A DNA stretch of 64,000 nt from Klebsormidium nitens (GCA_000708835.1 DF237442.1:2177-66176); one strand, 5' to 3'. Shown: positions 1 to 12,094, numbered from the stretch's first letter. Translations and numbers: made by a program. Notes: generated from the letters alone by a model not told the origin.

Positions 1-420
1 GTCCCACCAATAATGTGTTGTAAGCAATGGCGCGAAGGTGTCCGAGCGTCCGAGTTTGAGTCATGTACCTTTTTGGGTCGAGCATGCTTGATGACGTCAG
101 CAGCTATCCCACCAATGATGCTCTGTACTTAACGGCACGAAGGTGTCCGAGTGTCCGAATTCCTCACGTACCTTTTTGAGTCGCGGCATGCTTGATGACG
201 TCAGCAGCCATGCCACCAATGATGTGCTGTAATTACGGCACGAAGGTGTCTGAGCGTCCGAGTTTTTCACGTAACTTTTTTGGCCGAGCATGCTTGATGA
301 CGTCAGCAGCCATGCCACCAATAAAATGCACTGCAATGAACGGCCCGAATTTTGAAGGTGTCCGATCAAGTGTTCAAAGATTACAGTGACGCATATTACG
401 AGCTAGCATGCTTGATGGAC
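1..420. repeat. Tandem array of a ~104-bp two-box repeat (about 3.5 copies visible; the array runs off the window start)
   Basis: CCACCAAT recurs at 4, 109, 213 and 315. The full units carry GTGTC(C/T)GAG(C/T)GTCCGA and GCATGCTTGATGACGTCAGCAGC. Confidence 0.9.
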
Positions 421-978
421 TACTTGGCGAATCTTTGGCTACATCAAAGACAGTGTATCAATAAATCATTGATGCAAGGTTTCTAACTCGGTTGACGATG
501 AGCCGCGGTTCAAGTTCAATTTGCAACCGTAGGCCCAGACTACGGTTGTACAAAGTAGCGCGTATATACTACTCGACTTCGTGATCGAGAATTCGACATG
601 GTGGCATTAGCAGTTCCATCCAACGCAAAAGAATGGGGTTGTACATGAGGTTGTACATCGGGTTTACCACCGTGTGTGGGTGTGTGGTATTGTAGACTTA
701 CTCAGTAGTTTCAACATTACGTGCAAACCCAATTCCAAGGTGAGACTAGGGGGTCTAAAAATTTCACTTAGAATGGTACATCGGCAGAGTTCGTGAAATT
801 CGTCCGAACGCATGCATAATAAATACCAAAGTGAAGGGGTTACTAGAATGTACACCTAGGGCATCTAGCTATCTCTAAAAAGGAGGACAATATGTACATC
901 TTAGGCTCCTATGCTCTACCAATTGAAGCAAGTCTAAGAGAAAGGCAATGAATTGACTCTACAGACGAGCGCTAACTA

Positions 979-3900
979 TCAATCATACTCGCACTTGAAG
1001 CCTAAATAGCACGAGCTCCGGTGGGATGACCCGTCATAACGGCCGGCTCGCTTCGTTCTCGCGTAACCCTTCTCTCGCATCTGCCTAGCCAACTCCTCCT
1101 TGGCAATCTTGACCCCTGTGAATCTCTGGAACTGCGTCCAGAACTCGTCCTCCCATGTGACCGTCTTGGCATTGTCGGGCGTGTCTGGCGGGTCGTGCGC
1201 GCAGTGCTCCGACTGCAGGAAGATCTGCAGCTTGTCTCCGCGCCGCAGCCATGCCATCGAGGCCGCCTGGACGGCCGCCGGATGCCTGCGCAAGACCGTG
1301 GGGTCCTCGTACCAGGCCCGACTTCCCTGGACGAGAAACGTGAGGAACTCCTCGCGGACCGCCAGACTCTCCATCCGGTCCTTCAACCCGACGTCCACGT
1401 GCCTGTGGTTCGGGTTGGTCTCGTCAAACTTATTCTCGGACACGTACTCGTTTGGGAAGCGAACCACGATGAGGCGGCGGTTGATGTTTGGCTGCTTGGC
1501 CAGGGTTGGGGGGATCTCGGGGTCGTAGTTAGTCTGGATGAAAGGCGTGTGGGTGAACCGGAAGGAGACGTTGTTCTGGAAGAGGAGCCGGGAGGCGACC
1601 ATGCCCCCGCCGGTCATCTTGAGCACGTCCCCCAGGTCGACGCGCTCGCCCGGGCTCGTCTCGTCCGTCACGGCCACCCGTTTCCCCTGAAGCTCGGCGA
1701 GGTAGCCCGTGGCAGCGCCCTTGGACGGCGGGCGTTGTCCGGGGGCCTTGACCACGGCGTCCTTGGACATGACGCCGTAGTATTCGCCCAGCGTGGTCTC
1801 CAGCATCTGCTTGCAGACCCCCTTGCCATTCCCTGCACGAGAAATGGGTCGAAAAGCACGTAAGCGGGCGTCTGAAATGGAGTTAGAGGATTCGTGATGG
1901 ACAAAGATATCAAAGCAAAGTGGACGTGATCATTTATCCCAACGATAAACGGTCAGGGATGGCTGCTGACGTCATCCAGAGGCGACAAAGAGAAAGGCGA
2001 GCGGGGAACTGGGACACTCGGACGCCTTCGCGCCATTCACCACAGTGGATTATTGGTGCAAGTTTTGATGAAATCACCAGAGTCACAGGCGAAAGTGCAG
2101 GGAATGGCTGCTGACGTCACCAGAGGGTCGACCTGAAAACGTGCGTCAAGAACTCGGACACTTGGACACGTTCGCGCAATCAATCACAGGCGAAAGTGCA
2201 GGGAATGGCTGCTGACACAGTCATCAAAGAGGTTCAAATTTGTATGTCCTAGGCTGAGCCTAGGACATACATTCTGAAAGGATACACAGAATGTCTGTTA
2301 AAAAGTGGGACACTCGGACACCCTCGCGCCACCAATCACAGGTGGAAGCGCAGGGAATGGCTGCTGACGTCATCCAAGGGGGTCGATTCAAAAACGCTCA
2401 TCAAAACCTCGGACACTTGGACACCTTTGCGCCATCAATCCCAGTCGACGACCACGGCCGAAAGAAAGAAAGGAATACTTGGACGGACAAAATCAGAGCC
2501 AAAGGAGAGAAAGACGTACCGCCGCTTCCGAGTAAGAACACAATAATCTCCTCCGAGGTACGTCCGTTGATGGCATACCCCCAGAGCCTCTGCATGAAGT
2601 CAATCAACGCTCGGTCCCCGTTGAAGATGTCGTCCAGGAAACCCTCGACGGTGAGCGTCGGGTGACCTAGCCCCTGCAAAGAATGATTTAGACGGTTCAA
2701 TCGAATTCTCCTTGGCGTCTTTTAAGTCAAAGGACGTCTGCCTCTAACCGGGACTCTCTTTGAAAGACGCCATGCGGACAAGCGCAATTGCAATCAAGCA
2801 CAAAGACTCGTGAGAAAGGGACAGGATGCCGTGAAGCGTCAACGCCCTGCCTTCAGATTCAGCTGTTGCGCTTATGCGTGTACATACCAGGCAGAAAGAT
2901 GCTTAGCACTGGAGGAAAAGACGCCAACCTGAACTAAAAATCAAGAAAGAGAGCGCAAAGCCTCGATACAGCAAACTCTTGACTCTTTCTAGTAAGTTGG
3001 TCCCCAAGTAACTCGCACGGATGCTTGCCTGAATAGGGAGCGATTGCAAGGACCAAAGAGAGACTCAAACAAGTATTTCTCTTTCACAATTCTTTTGTGC
3101 ACCAGAATTTCGACGATATTCCATCCTGAAATTGCATGACGACAGAAAACAAGCCACAACGTGCAAACAAAACACCTTGTAGTTGATGTCAGCCAGCTTC
3201 GTGCACAGGTACTCCGGCCTGTGGATGTCCAGCTCGCCGGTGCGCAAGTTGACGACCCCATTCTGGACGTTGAGGATGTCTGGATTAGAGTCCAGCTCCC
3301 CCACCAGATCCAGGGCCATCTCCCCCATCATGATCGTCAGGGTCGAACTGATCTCGCCAGCGTCGTAGTATCGTCTGACTCTGTCAAGAGCTTTCTTTAG
3401 CTCCATCTTCTCCTGCTCGTCAGTGGTTACGCTCAAACGCTCTTTCAATTCGGCTCGAACTCGAGCATACACAGTGCTGAGCTGGTGGAGGCAGACAAAC
3501 TTGATCTTCTCGGCAGTAGCCTGCTTGAAACGCTTCCCATCCCACATCCACCAAGTCTTCCCGTCGTTCCAGATCCTGCAAAACCTCACGAAAAGGTGTC
3601 ACTCTGTGGGCTAACACCGTCAATGCCTTCAAAAGTCAGCGCTTAGGAGCCGTAGCGCTTGACATAACGAAACATGCATGGGCCGGCGGCTGCTAACTTC
3701 ATCCTGAGCTCCTGAACAGAAGACTTTTTCTGTGAAAACTCGGACACATGGACACGGTGCAGGCTTTCTACGACAACAAACTTAAGGTGGGATTGCAAGT
3801 GGCATCACCCCCGAGCTCCTGAAGAAAAAAGGTTGGCAGCAATCGAACACTTGGACACGGTATACAATGCAGGCTCTCAATTCCAGTGAACATCTGGCGG

Positions 3901-6900
3901 ATTAGATGCTGACGTCATCCCGAGCTCACGACCCAAAAAGGTTTGCTAAAGCTCGAACACTTACACGGAACACAGTGCATGCTCTCAATCACAATAAACG
4001 TCAAGTGAAAGAGATGCTGACGCCATCCCAAGCTCCTCATCCAGAAAGGCTAGCTGAAAAACGGACACGAAGACAAAGACGACAATAGGAGACATTGATC
4101 ACGACAAGAATTGAGCAAGATGCATGCAGACACTTTCTCCTTGAGATGAGCAGGAGAGCAACAGGATGGAAGACAATGGCTGCAGCTTCATTCAGGGGAG
4201 TTTTCCAAAGTCGCAACCGCTACCACAGAGAAAAAGGAGTAGATGATACCACCTGTGGCACCTCGAGTACATCTGTGCGACGATCCGACTGGCCCCCATG
4301 TCACCTTTGAACGCCCAGTAGTCCACGAACGGCTTCGTCAGCTCCTTGTACACGGTCGGGTCGTCCTCAGAAACTGGGGCTGTCTCGCCCCCCATCATGC
4401 TCTCTTTTACCGTGAGCTCACCGATCTTGCGCGGCGGGTGAATGTCACAACATTCCGGGCTGTTGCACTTGTAGAGGAGGTTGCGACCCCGCACGAGGAC
4501 GCAGAAGTTGTTGGAGCCGCTGTGATTGGCCCCATACGGACACACGCGTGCGCCATTCACGCGGAACACGTACATGTCGCCCGCAGAGGACCTCTTGAGC
4601 TTGTCAAAGCATGAGTCGGAGTCTCCAGCGTCCGCGAGGCACTTCTGAACGCGCTCCAGAACAGCTGGCGGAGGGGGCAGCTCGATTTCGTGGGCGTCGA
4701 GGCCTTCCGCGAAGCGATCGGGTGGCTGTGACGCTGGCCTGCAGATGAAATCGAATGAGGAGGTCCCTAAATGGAAGGGAAGAGCAAGCACCGCCAAGGA
4801 AGATCTGCTTAAATGCGGCCCAAAATGGGCCGAATACCGCCTGACTACGAGCTTGACTGCGAATTTTAAGCCAGACAACTCATCGTTCGGAAAGAAGCTG
4901 GATGCGCCCCCCCGGAATTGCCCGAGCACGGCCGAGAGAACAATCAATGCACGGATTTACAAAACAATCTCGTCGCGCTCTTTGCAAGAGCCCGATTGCA
5001 ATTCAACGAAAGTGCCTGAAACGCGGCCCAAAGCAGATCGACTACAGTGAAGGAACCAGCATCATTGTGTCCCAAGAGCAAACCTAACTTTGGGCTCGGA
5101 TGCTGGTCGAATTCAAGCTGAAATCTTGCGCGCCCCTCAATCTTGATGCATCAGAACCAGGCTAGCTGCGCCCCTAGCCTGACTGGGGCCAAGAATCGGC
5201 TTTCGCTGTGGGCAAGAAACCCAACTGTGCCTCTCCAAATCAGCCTGATTGTGTGACCCCAAACAGCCTGACTGTGCTTCGCCTTACAGCCTGACTGTGC
5301 GGCCCAAACAGCCTAGGTCTAGACAAGAGAGTTGCCTAATTGCATCCTCCAAATCGGCCTGATTGCCTGATTGCTTCCAGGACAGGCTGGGTGGCACGCA
5401 AAGACCGCGGGTAATGCAGAACGCGCAGAATCAGACTCCAAGCACACGACAAGCGTAAACCCCCATGCAAGCTTCTTGATCCAGACATGGAAAACCAAAA
5501 AGGGAATAGTACCTTGGTGGTGCTGCAGGTGCGCTGCTGTCATTGATGATCTTGATCAACCACGATGGCATAGCCCGAAGGTTGGAGCGGTCTGGAATAT
5601 CTCCTGCACCCACTCGTACCGCCGGACCGCGCCGTCCACGCCCTTGTAGCTGCTGGGGCCCACAAACAACATGCCCCCCTCGCCACGCGTGTCGAGGCCC
5701 ACTTTTTCGCCTTCGTAAACCAGACCTTGCCTTCCGGCGCCACTCAGCAACCCCGCGGCCTTGGACAGCGACAGGGAGAAGAAGAAATGTCTCCCAGGCC
5801 TGTGTCCCGACCACTCCCATGGGGTGTCATCAGGCAAGGGGCCGTGAGCTGCCAGCATCCGCTCGAAGGCCTCCGCCCCGCCGTCCTTCGCGTCGATGTC
5901 GAGGGCGTAGATGTCGGAGGGCTGGGTCACAATGGCAAGGCAGCTTTTGCCAGGCCGGACACCTCTGCGCAAGCAGTTGCCGAGATCGCACTCCTTCTGC
6001 CACCCGCGCATGAGGTCAGCAGGCTTCTTGGTCTCCTTGCCCTCCTTGTCCAACTCGACTTTCATGTTGAACGTCAGCGATGCCACGCCCATCGCGTGAA
6101 AGTGATGGGCGGCGGCCAAGATGGGGTCGACTCGCGACGGCCTCCCCACGTCAGATGGGCTCGGTACCTGTGGAGGACGGAAGCATCTGTGAGGTTGGCG
6201 CCTAGCTTTGGCAGTTGCACGAACTCTGGGGAAGGGGATCTCAAACCCTTGTTTCGCCCCTTGTGCACCATCATTGTTTTGGACTCAGGAACTTGGATTG
6301 GCCCCAAACTGGCCCTCGACCCAACCCCCTTTGAAGTAGATCTAATCTGGCCCCCAAACTTGCCCTTAAAATCTGGCCTCCAAACTGGCCCCCGAACCGG
6401 CCCCAAGCCGGCCCCCAAAAACTGGCCCCCAAACCTGCCCTTAAAAGGCCCCCAAACTTGCCCCCGAACTGGCCCTTAAAAACTGGCCCCCAAACTGGCC
6501 CCCCAAAACCTGGCCCCAAAGTGGCCTTCTAGATCACACATGTAAGTGCACCTGTTGCGCATCAAGTAGCAGCCCTAGGTGCGCTTGCGCTTCCCTTTTG
6601 CTTTACCAAACGGGCTGGACTCGTGCCAGTCATAACCATCATAAGAAAGATGCTCCATTCTTACTTCGCGACTCGGTACGTTTGTCAGGTGGTACGCCAG
6701 ACGCTCGAGATACACACTCATTCGGGCTTCCCATATGGCCTGGTCCCTGATGACGGGCACCCCGAGCTTGCGCCAACCGTAAGAATCCCTAGACTTGAGC
6801 GAGCACAATTTCAAGTTTCGCAGTAGACACTTCCAGGACGGGTACCAAGATAAAACTGCCCTATTCAAGGAGCCCACCTGGCAAGGAGCCGCCGTCTCCT

Positions 6901-9900
6901 GCACCGCGATGCCCTGGGGAACGGCGGAGGGAGCAATAGGTGCTTGGGCGGTCGAGGAGGGCAAAGGGGTGTGGGGCGCAGCCACGTCCGGCTCTGGCGC
7001 AGCAGACGTGGAAGAGCGGGCAGGGGCGGAACCGGAGTTGGGCGCGTCCCCCAAGTCCTGGGGTGCAGCAGGTGTGTGCTGCTCCTGCTGGGCCGCCCTG
7101 GTCGCGCTCTGGGCAACTACGGCGCTCCGGATGGGGTCCGACGGCAAAGTGCGCGGCTCAAGCGAGGTTAGCCCGGCCGCGTCAAGGGCGGTCGGGGCAC
7201 CGTCGGCAGCTACGGCCTGCGAAAAAGGTGATAAATTTGGAATCAAACCGTTAATCCTTCACCCTCGTAGCGCTGCACGAAAAGCTGCACCTTTCTTGAG
7301 CATTCCCTACGCGGGGTCAAGTGAAGCCTGATGAACGAGCAGAACACAAGGCGCCCCTTCTCAGTGAGTACTTTGTTGGAATGCAGGTGCCGCGTCTCGA
7401 ACTCTGAACGTGCTTTGAAAATCTGTGTTTTATTGGCAGGCATTCTCGATTGGGCGCGACGAGCACCAGCCGCTCATGCAAGGAGACAATGATTCTCTGA
7501 GCATGTACACCTCCTGCCCTCTTGCCAACCCAGAGGGTCACTGAACAAACCGCCCAAGGCTGTCCAAGTTTCTAATCGCTTCGGAAACTCAAACCCTAAG
7601 ATTTCGTGTACATCAGCAACCCAGGCGGCGATTGAATGGCGATGTACACAAAACCAGCTTTCAGGTCGGCAATTGTATGGCGGTTGATGTACACAAACAC
7701 CAGCTTTCACCTCGGCGATTGAATGGCGGTTGATGTACACCAATCTGTCACTACGTCCTGTAAACTTTCGCAACTTTGCCAGCAATTTGCGCGCTGGCTT
7801 TTCTGGGCACGCAACCATACCTTGATGCGATTTGCTGAGTGCCCAAAATCTGACAACCTAGAGTTCTGTCCAGATGCGAGTCAGGGGAAGGGGGGAGGGT
7901 GCTCACCTGGCGGCTGATCGAACGCGGACGCGGGGCGATCACACACGCTCTCGCAAAGTCATCCTCCAGGCTTAGGTCCAACAGGTCCAGCCAGCCGTCG
8001 TCCTCGGGCTCTGGTGGGAGGTCGTCGGACCAGCCGTCGTCCTCAGGTTCCGAAGGGAGGTCGTCTGGCATTGGGTAATCCGTCCCAAGCGCAGACCCTT
8101 CTTCCGGCATGGGGGGGTGCTTGGCGATCACGCCCTGGCTGCAAACCGGGGAGTGCGGACTGTCCTCCTCGCTCGAGGAGTCAGACTCGGGTGACAGCAG
8201 CACGCGGCGGCGACGGCTGGTTTTGCGCGGGTTGGTCGCCCCATCAGGCGCGCGCCGCTTGAGCCTTGCCAGCACCTGGGAAAAATCCTCTTCATCGGAA
8301 TCTGTCTCCATCGCGGCGAACCGGCCGCACCGCACCACCTCGTTCTCCTCTTCCTGAGGGGCGTCGTCGATCATTGCGCGATCTTGGGAGGTTTCCTCGT
8401 CCGAGGTCTCGTTCGCGCTCTCGAACTCCGCCCCCTCAATGTCCTCGCCCTCCCATTCCGACTCCGTCTTCTGCGACTCGTCTCCGCAGAAGAGGCGCGG
8501 CGCCTGCCGATCATCGCCGCCCTGCACAAGTGTGCGCGCCGCCAAAGATCAGATGAATCGATGAAGCAATTAAAGGCGAGCTGCTGGTTCCAAAATCAGA
8601 TGCTGTCAAAAGTCCTTGTCCAAGTGTCCGAGTTCTTGACATGCCTTCTGGGCTCGGGCCTGCTTCGTGACGTCATCAAAGATCAATGGCAATCTGATGG
8701 CAAATGCGAGTTGAGACACACTGCCAGCACCTGTCCAAGTGTCCAGGTATCTGGAGTGCTTTCTGGAGTGCTTTCTGGGCTCGGGCCTGCTTCGTGACCT
8801 CATCAAACATCATGGCAAAAACAGTTGAAGATTTCGATGGAGCAATCTGATGCGAGCTACTGGTTGGACCACAACATGCGCTGCATCGCAGAAACCCGTG
8901 TCCAAGTGTCCGAGTTTCTGTCGCACCTTCAAAGGGCAAAGCTTCATAATGACGTCAGCAAACATCCCGAGTAAATCCCTGTGTGGTTGATGGGGCAGAC
9001 TCTGTCCGAGTGTCCGAGCTCTAGTCACACCTTTCAAAAGCGAAACTCCAGGATGACGTCAGCAGACGTTCTAGAAGGAAACTTTGTAGTTGATGGGGCT
9101 AACACTGTCTGAGTGTCTGACTTCTTGCCATACCTTTCAAGAGCGAAGCTCCTGGATGACGTCAGCAGACGTCCCAGGAAGAAAACTTTGTAGTTGATGG
9201 GATTTGGGAGGACATTGTCTGAGTGTCCAAGTGTGTGACGTGCCTTTTGGGCTCGAGCCTGTATCGTGACATCATCAGAAACTATGGCGAGATGAGTTCT
9301 TAAGAGACAGCCACCAGATTACAGATATGATTCTTGCGGCTACTTAGGCAAGTTGGGGGAAGGGCTGTTCAATCGACTTCACACTTACCTCTGAGTCGTT
9401 GGTGGCCGCTTTCATCTGGCTAAGATGCCACCTGATTCCAGAAGTCTTATAGGGATGTGTATGCAAATGGATATGCTTGCTTGGTTCTCTTATTAAGCGA
9501 CCGCATGCAGTCGCACTTGAAACGCACCTGGCTGCATTGTGCGCTGGACGACTGTGGCCGACTGTCAACGTCCATGGATGCTCCAGGAGCGCCGGCGGGG
9601 GTCTCGATAGGGAAGCTGCTCGTCATCTTCTCTGAAGGGCTCGGGATACCGTCATCTGGGGCGCCTCCCTCCTGCACGTAAGCGGGAGGTGTTGATCAGA
9701 AGTTTGCCGGACAGGCAAAAGTCCAAGCGAAAAAGGCGCAAGAAAGGCCTCAATGCTGGCAGGTGGACCGGCAAGTGTTCATAAATGATCGTGCAACATC
9801 ACGACAACAGACTGCTTGAGCACGTGTTGCTGACGTCCTGCCTTCTGGGCTCGGGCCTGATTCCTGACGTCCGCATCTATCATGACAAGCCGAGCTGTTA

Positions 9901-10947
9901 ACAGAAGAGCACTAGTTGTCCCCAAATCACTGGCATGATTCTCGAGGTACGCCTGCCTAGTAGATGAATTCGACACAATCCAGAGTTATCTTCACACGAA
10001 CCTGTGAGTCGGTGGTGGCCGCTTCGAGCTGCTGTGAAGCTGCCACTTCCTCCCTCAGCCTGCGTTGAAAGTCGCGGAAGTGGCTGGGGTCGATGAGGCC
10101 ATGTAGTGCAGGCCCTTGCGGTTGGCGGGTCTCATGCTCCTGCAAACAAAGAAACGTGTGGTGGGATTGTTGGCAAAGAGAGGGGATTGTCAACCGCTTG
10201 AAAAACGGATTCTTCAAGCTGCCGTGTGCAATGATCGGGCACGGAATTCCGACCGCTGAAGCATCGGGAGGTATGTAAGAAGGAAGGCAACGGGTTGCTT
10301 TTTGTTTTTGAAGAGTGTTAACCAGATGTGCTTGACGAGCCACCTGTGTTCGATGGCAAAGGAAAGATCTCGAGCTAACCCCTGAGATACATCAAATCCT
10401 GAAAGGCGTCCTTACCAGAATTCTTGTCCGAAGTGCGCCTGCTCGCAGAAGAATCTTCAATGAACAATCTGACACCAAACTAATCTCGATTGTGGTTTAC
10501 CCCCCAATAAAGACATCTCAGACAGTGACCACGCCATCGAATACGGAGGATCCTTTCGAGGATGGCTGCTGACGTCATCTAGGAGCTCGGTCTGAAAAGG
10601 TGCGACAAAAACTCGGACACTCGGACAGAGTCCGCCCCATCAACTACAAGGCATCCTATCGGGGATGTATGCTGACGTCATCAAGGAGCTCCCCTCTTGA
10701 ATTGTGTGACAAAAACTCGGACACTCGGACAGAGTCCGCCCCATCAACTACAAGGCATCCTATCGGGGGTGTATGCTGACGGTCGTCAAGGAGCTCCCCT
10801 CTCGAAACGTGTGACAAAAACTCGGACACTCGGACAGAGTCCGCCCCATCAATATGGATACCTCACCTGCAGCCCTTTGGGCAACATGAAGGAACTTTGA
10901 GAGCTGTCCCCAGGAGCATGGCCACCAGGAGAATCCGTCTCCTCCAT
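979..10947 (-). CDS. Spliced D5/P4-type primase-helicase (acidic N-terminal extension + Prim-Pol + Zn finger + D5_N + SF3 helicase + C-terminal wHTH-like domain), about 1290 aa; one 1-nt frameshift, so possibly a recent pseudogene
   Basis: Phase-consistent GT-AG exons: 10947-10867, 10139-10002, 9671-9528, 8521-7907, 7216-6878, 6167-5513, 4738-4253, 3575-3176, 2673-2520, 1832-979. Prim-Pol motifs: IYALDID, GRHFFF, LDTRGEGGMLFVGPS, MPSWL. Zn motif: CPYGANHSGSNNF..YKCNSPEC. D5_N: WWMWDGKRF, LDSNPDILNVQNGVVNLRTGEL. Walker A GSG|GNGKG is rebuilt across the last intron. Walker B VAVTDE, motif C FIQTN, Arg finger NRRL. The five 5' exons are less certain than the five 3' exons. Confidence 0.88.
1950..2430. 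repeat. Two-box repeat copies in the last intron (opposite orientation to 1-420)
   Basis: Repeated GGGAATGGCTGCTGACGTCA...AACTCGGACACTTGGACAC units. Confidence 0.85.
3735..4075. repeat. Degenerate two-box repeat copies in intron 7
   Basis: AAACTCGGACACATGGACAC, GATGCTGACGTCATCC..CTCGAACAC, GATGCTGACGCCATCC..AAACGGACAC. Confidence 0.7.
5235..5320. repeat. Short ~21-bp tandem repeat in intron 6
   Basis: About 4 copies of CAGCCTGA(C/T)TGTG, the last truncated. Confidence 0.7.
6296..6527. repeat. ~12-bp minisatellite (GGCCCCCAAACT) in intron 5
   Basis: Many degenerate tandem GGCCCC(C)AAACT / GGCCCCCGAACC copies. Confidence 0.9.
7625..7745. repeat. ~45-bp tandem repeat in intron 4
   Basis: About 2.7 copies of CGGCGATTGAATGGCGGTTGATGTACACAAACACCAGCTTTCA. 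Confidence 0.8.
8610..9280. repeat. Two-box repeat copies in intron 3
   Basis: Repeated TGTCC(A/G)AGTGTCCGAG...GATGACGTCAGCA units. Confidence 0.85.
10560..10852. repeat. Three near-identical ~105-bp two-box repeat copies in intron 1
   Basis: TGCTGACGTCATC..AAAAACTCGGACACTCGGACAGAGTCCGCCCCATCAA three times; box A of the third copy is degenerate. Confidence 0.9.
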
Positions 10948-12094
10948 TGCCTGCACAGCGTGGGAAATAGAGAGGAAGTGGGTAGAGCAGATTACAAAAA
11001 TTACGCATCAGCATCACCATAAACAGCACACATTGTTCGACCATAGACAGTGAGTATTCGATATGTCCCCCCCTCCCCCCCTTGGACAAGAACCAGCACG
11101 CGATCCCACAATCGACCCCAGTGAACCGTGAACCCGTTCGACAGTGGTCACAAGATCGGCCCGACAGCGGGCCCTGATTCAGCGGAACCACCCCGCTTCC
11201 CCAAGCATCAGAGAAGTTAGCGCAGCGGCGACTGTGATACCCCCCAGCAGCTTGGCCCTTATCAAGCTTAACAGCTGATTTCAGCCAACCCAACGCTGGG
11301 GCCAAGTCAGCAAAGCTACGGGGTTTGAGATCACCCCACAGTATAAGCCCATCAGCAAGTCCAGACCTGCCTAACAGCAGATGGTCAGAATCAGCCAGCC
11401 AAAGCACCTGATGCGCGCTATATACCTGGCGCTATTGCAAGCGTCTTGACATACGAAGGCTCACTTGCAGCTCTTCGTCAACCCCAATGATAGAACCATA
11501 ATAAAGAAATGTGTTCACTGAAGGAAGAATCGCACAAAGAAGCTTCTTCAGTTTGCATTCCCTGTGACGGACGTACCTGACGGAAGCTTCTTTGTTGCGG
11601 CTGAGCAGCTCACCACGGCCTTCTGGCACAACAATCTCAACAATTCGAAACCGTCTCAGGGCAAAAGCCAGGCAGTCCTGAGCTCTGTCCAGCAGTGTAG
11701 GAAAGGTGGTAATATATATGCCTTGGGCCGCAGCAGGTTCGGGCCGGATATTCCAAGCTGCTGCTGACTGTATATTCGGCTGGATGTGCTGTATTTCTTG
11801 ACAGCTGGCACTTTCTCATACCTTCTAGAAGGCTCGGGGTATACCGGCCATACCATGTAAAATGCTAAAAATATTGTAGTATACGGCGCTGCCGACGTCA
11901 GAATCCTAGTGTGACTGAACACTGCAGGTTTGGATTTGGGACGGACACTTGGACGCAAGAGTGCACTCAGAGCGAAGTCGTTACCGTGCTGATGTGAATC
12001 AGAGCGGTAATGGTTAGCCCCCGGTTGGCTTCGACCTCCTTGTTGTCCTTGGAGAAGCCTTTCGACCGCTCGGTCTACCTGCCACCCCTTGGGC

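Noticed and set aside
1-420. Repeat array as a CRISPR
   Set aside because: The spacers are homologous to each other, the boxes are short and degenerate, there are no cas genes, and the context is eukaryotic introns.
1195-1863. 222-aa plus-strand ORF (likewise 5727-6479, 19158-19844, 22710-23450, 30906-31475, 60883-61965)
   Set aside because: Antisense shadow frames of GC-rich real exons.
6575-6877. C-terminal part of the 223-aa ORF as a separate protein
   Set aside because: It runs past a phase-0 donor at 6877 that joins the Prim-Pol exon, so it is better read as intron.
979-10947. Helitron
   Set aside because: The helicase is SF3 with Prim-Pol. There is no HUH Rep domain or PIF1/SF1 helicase.
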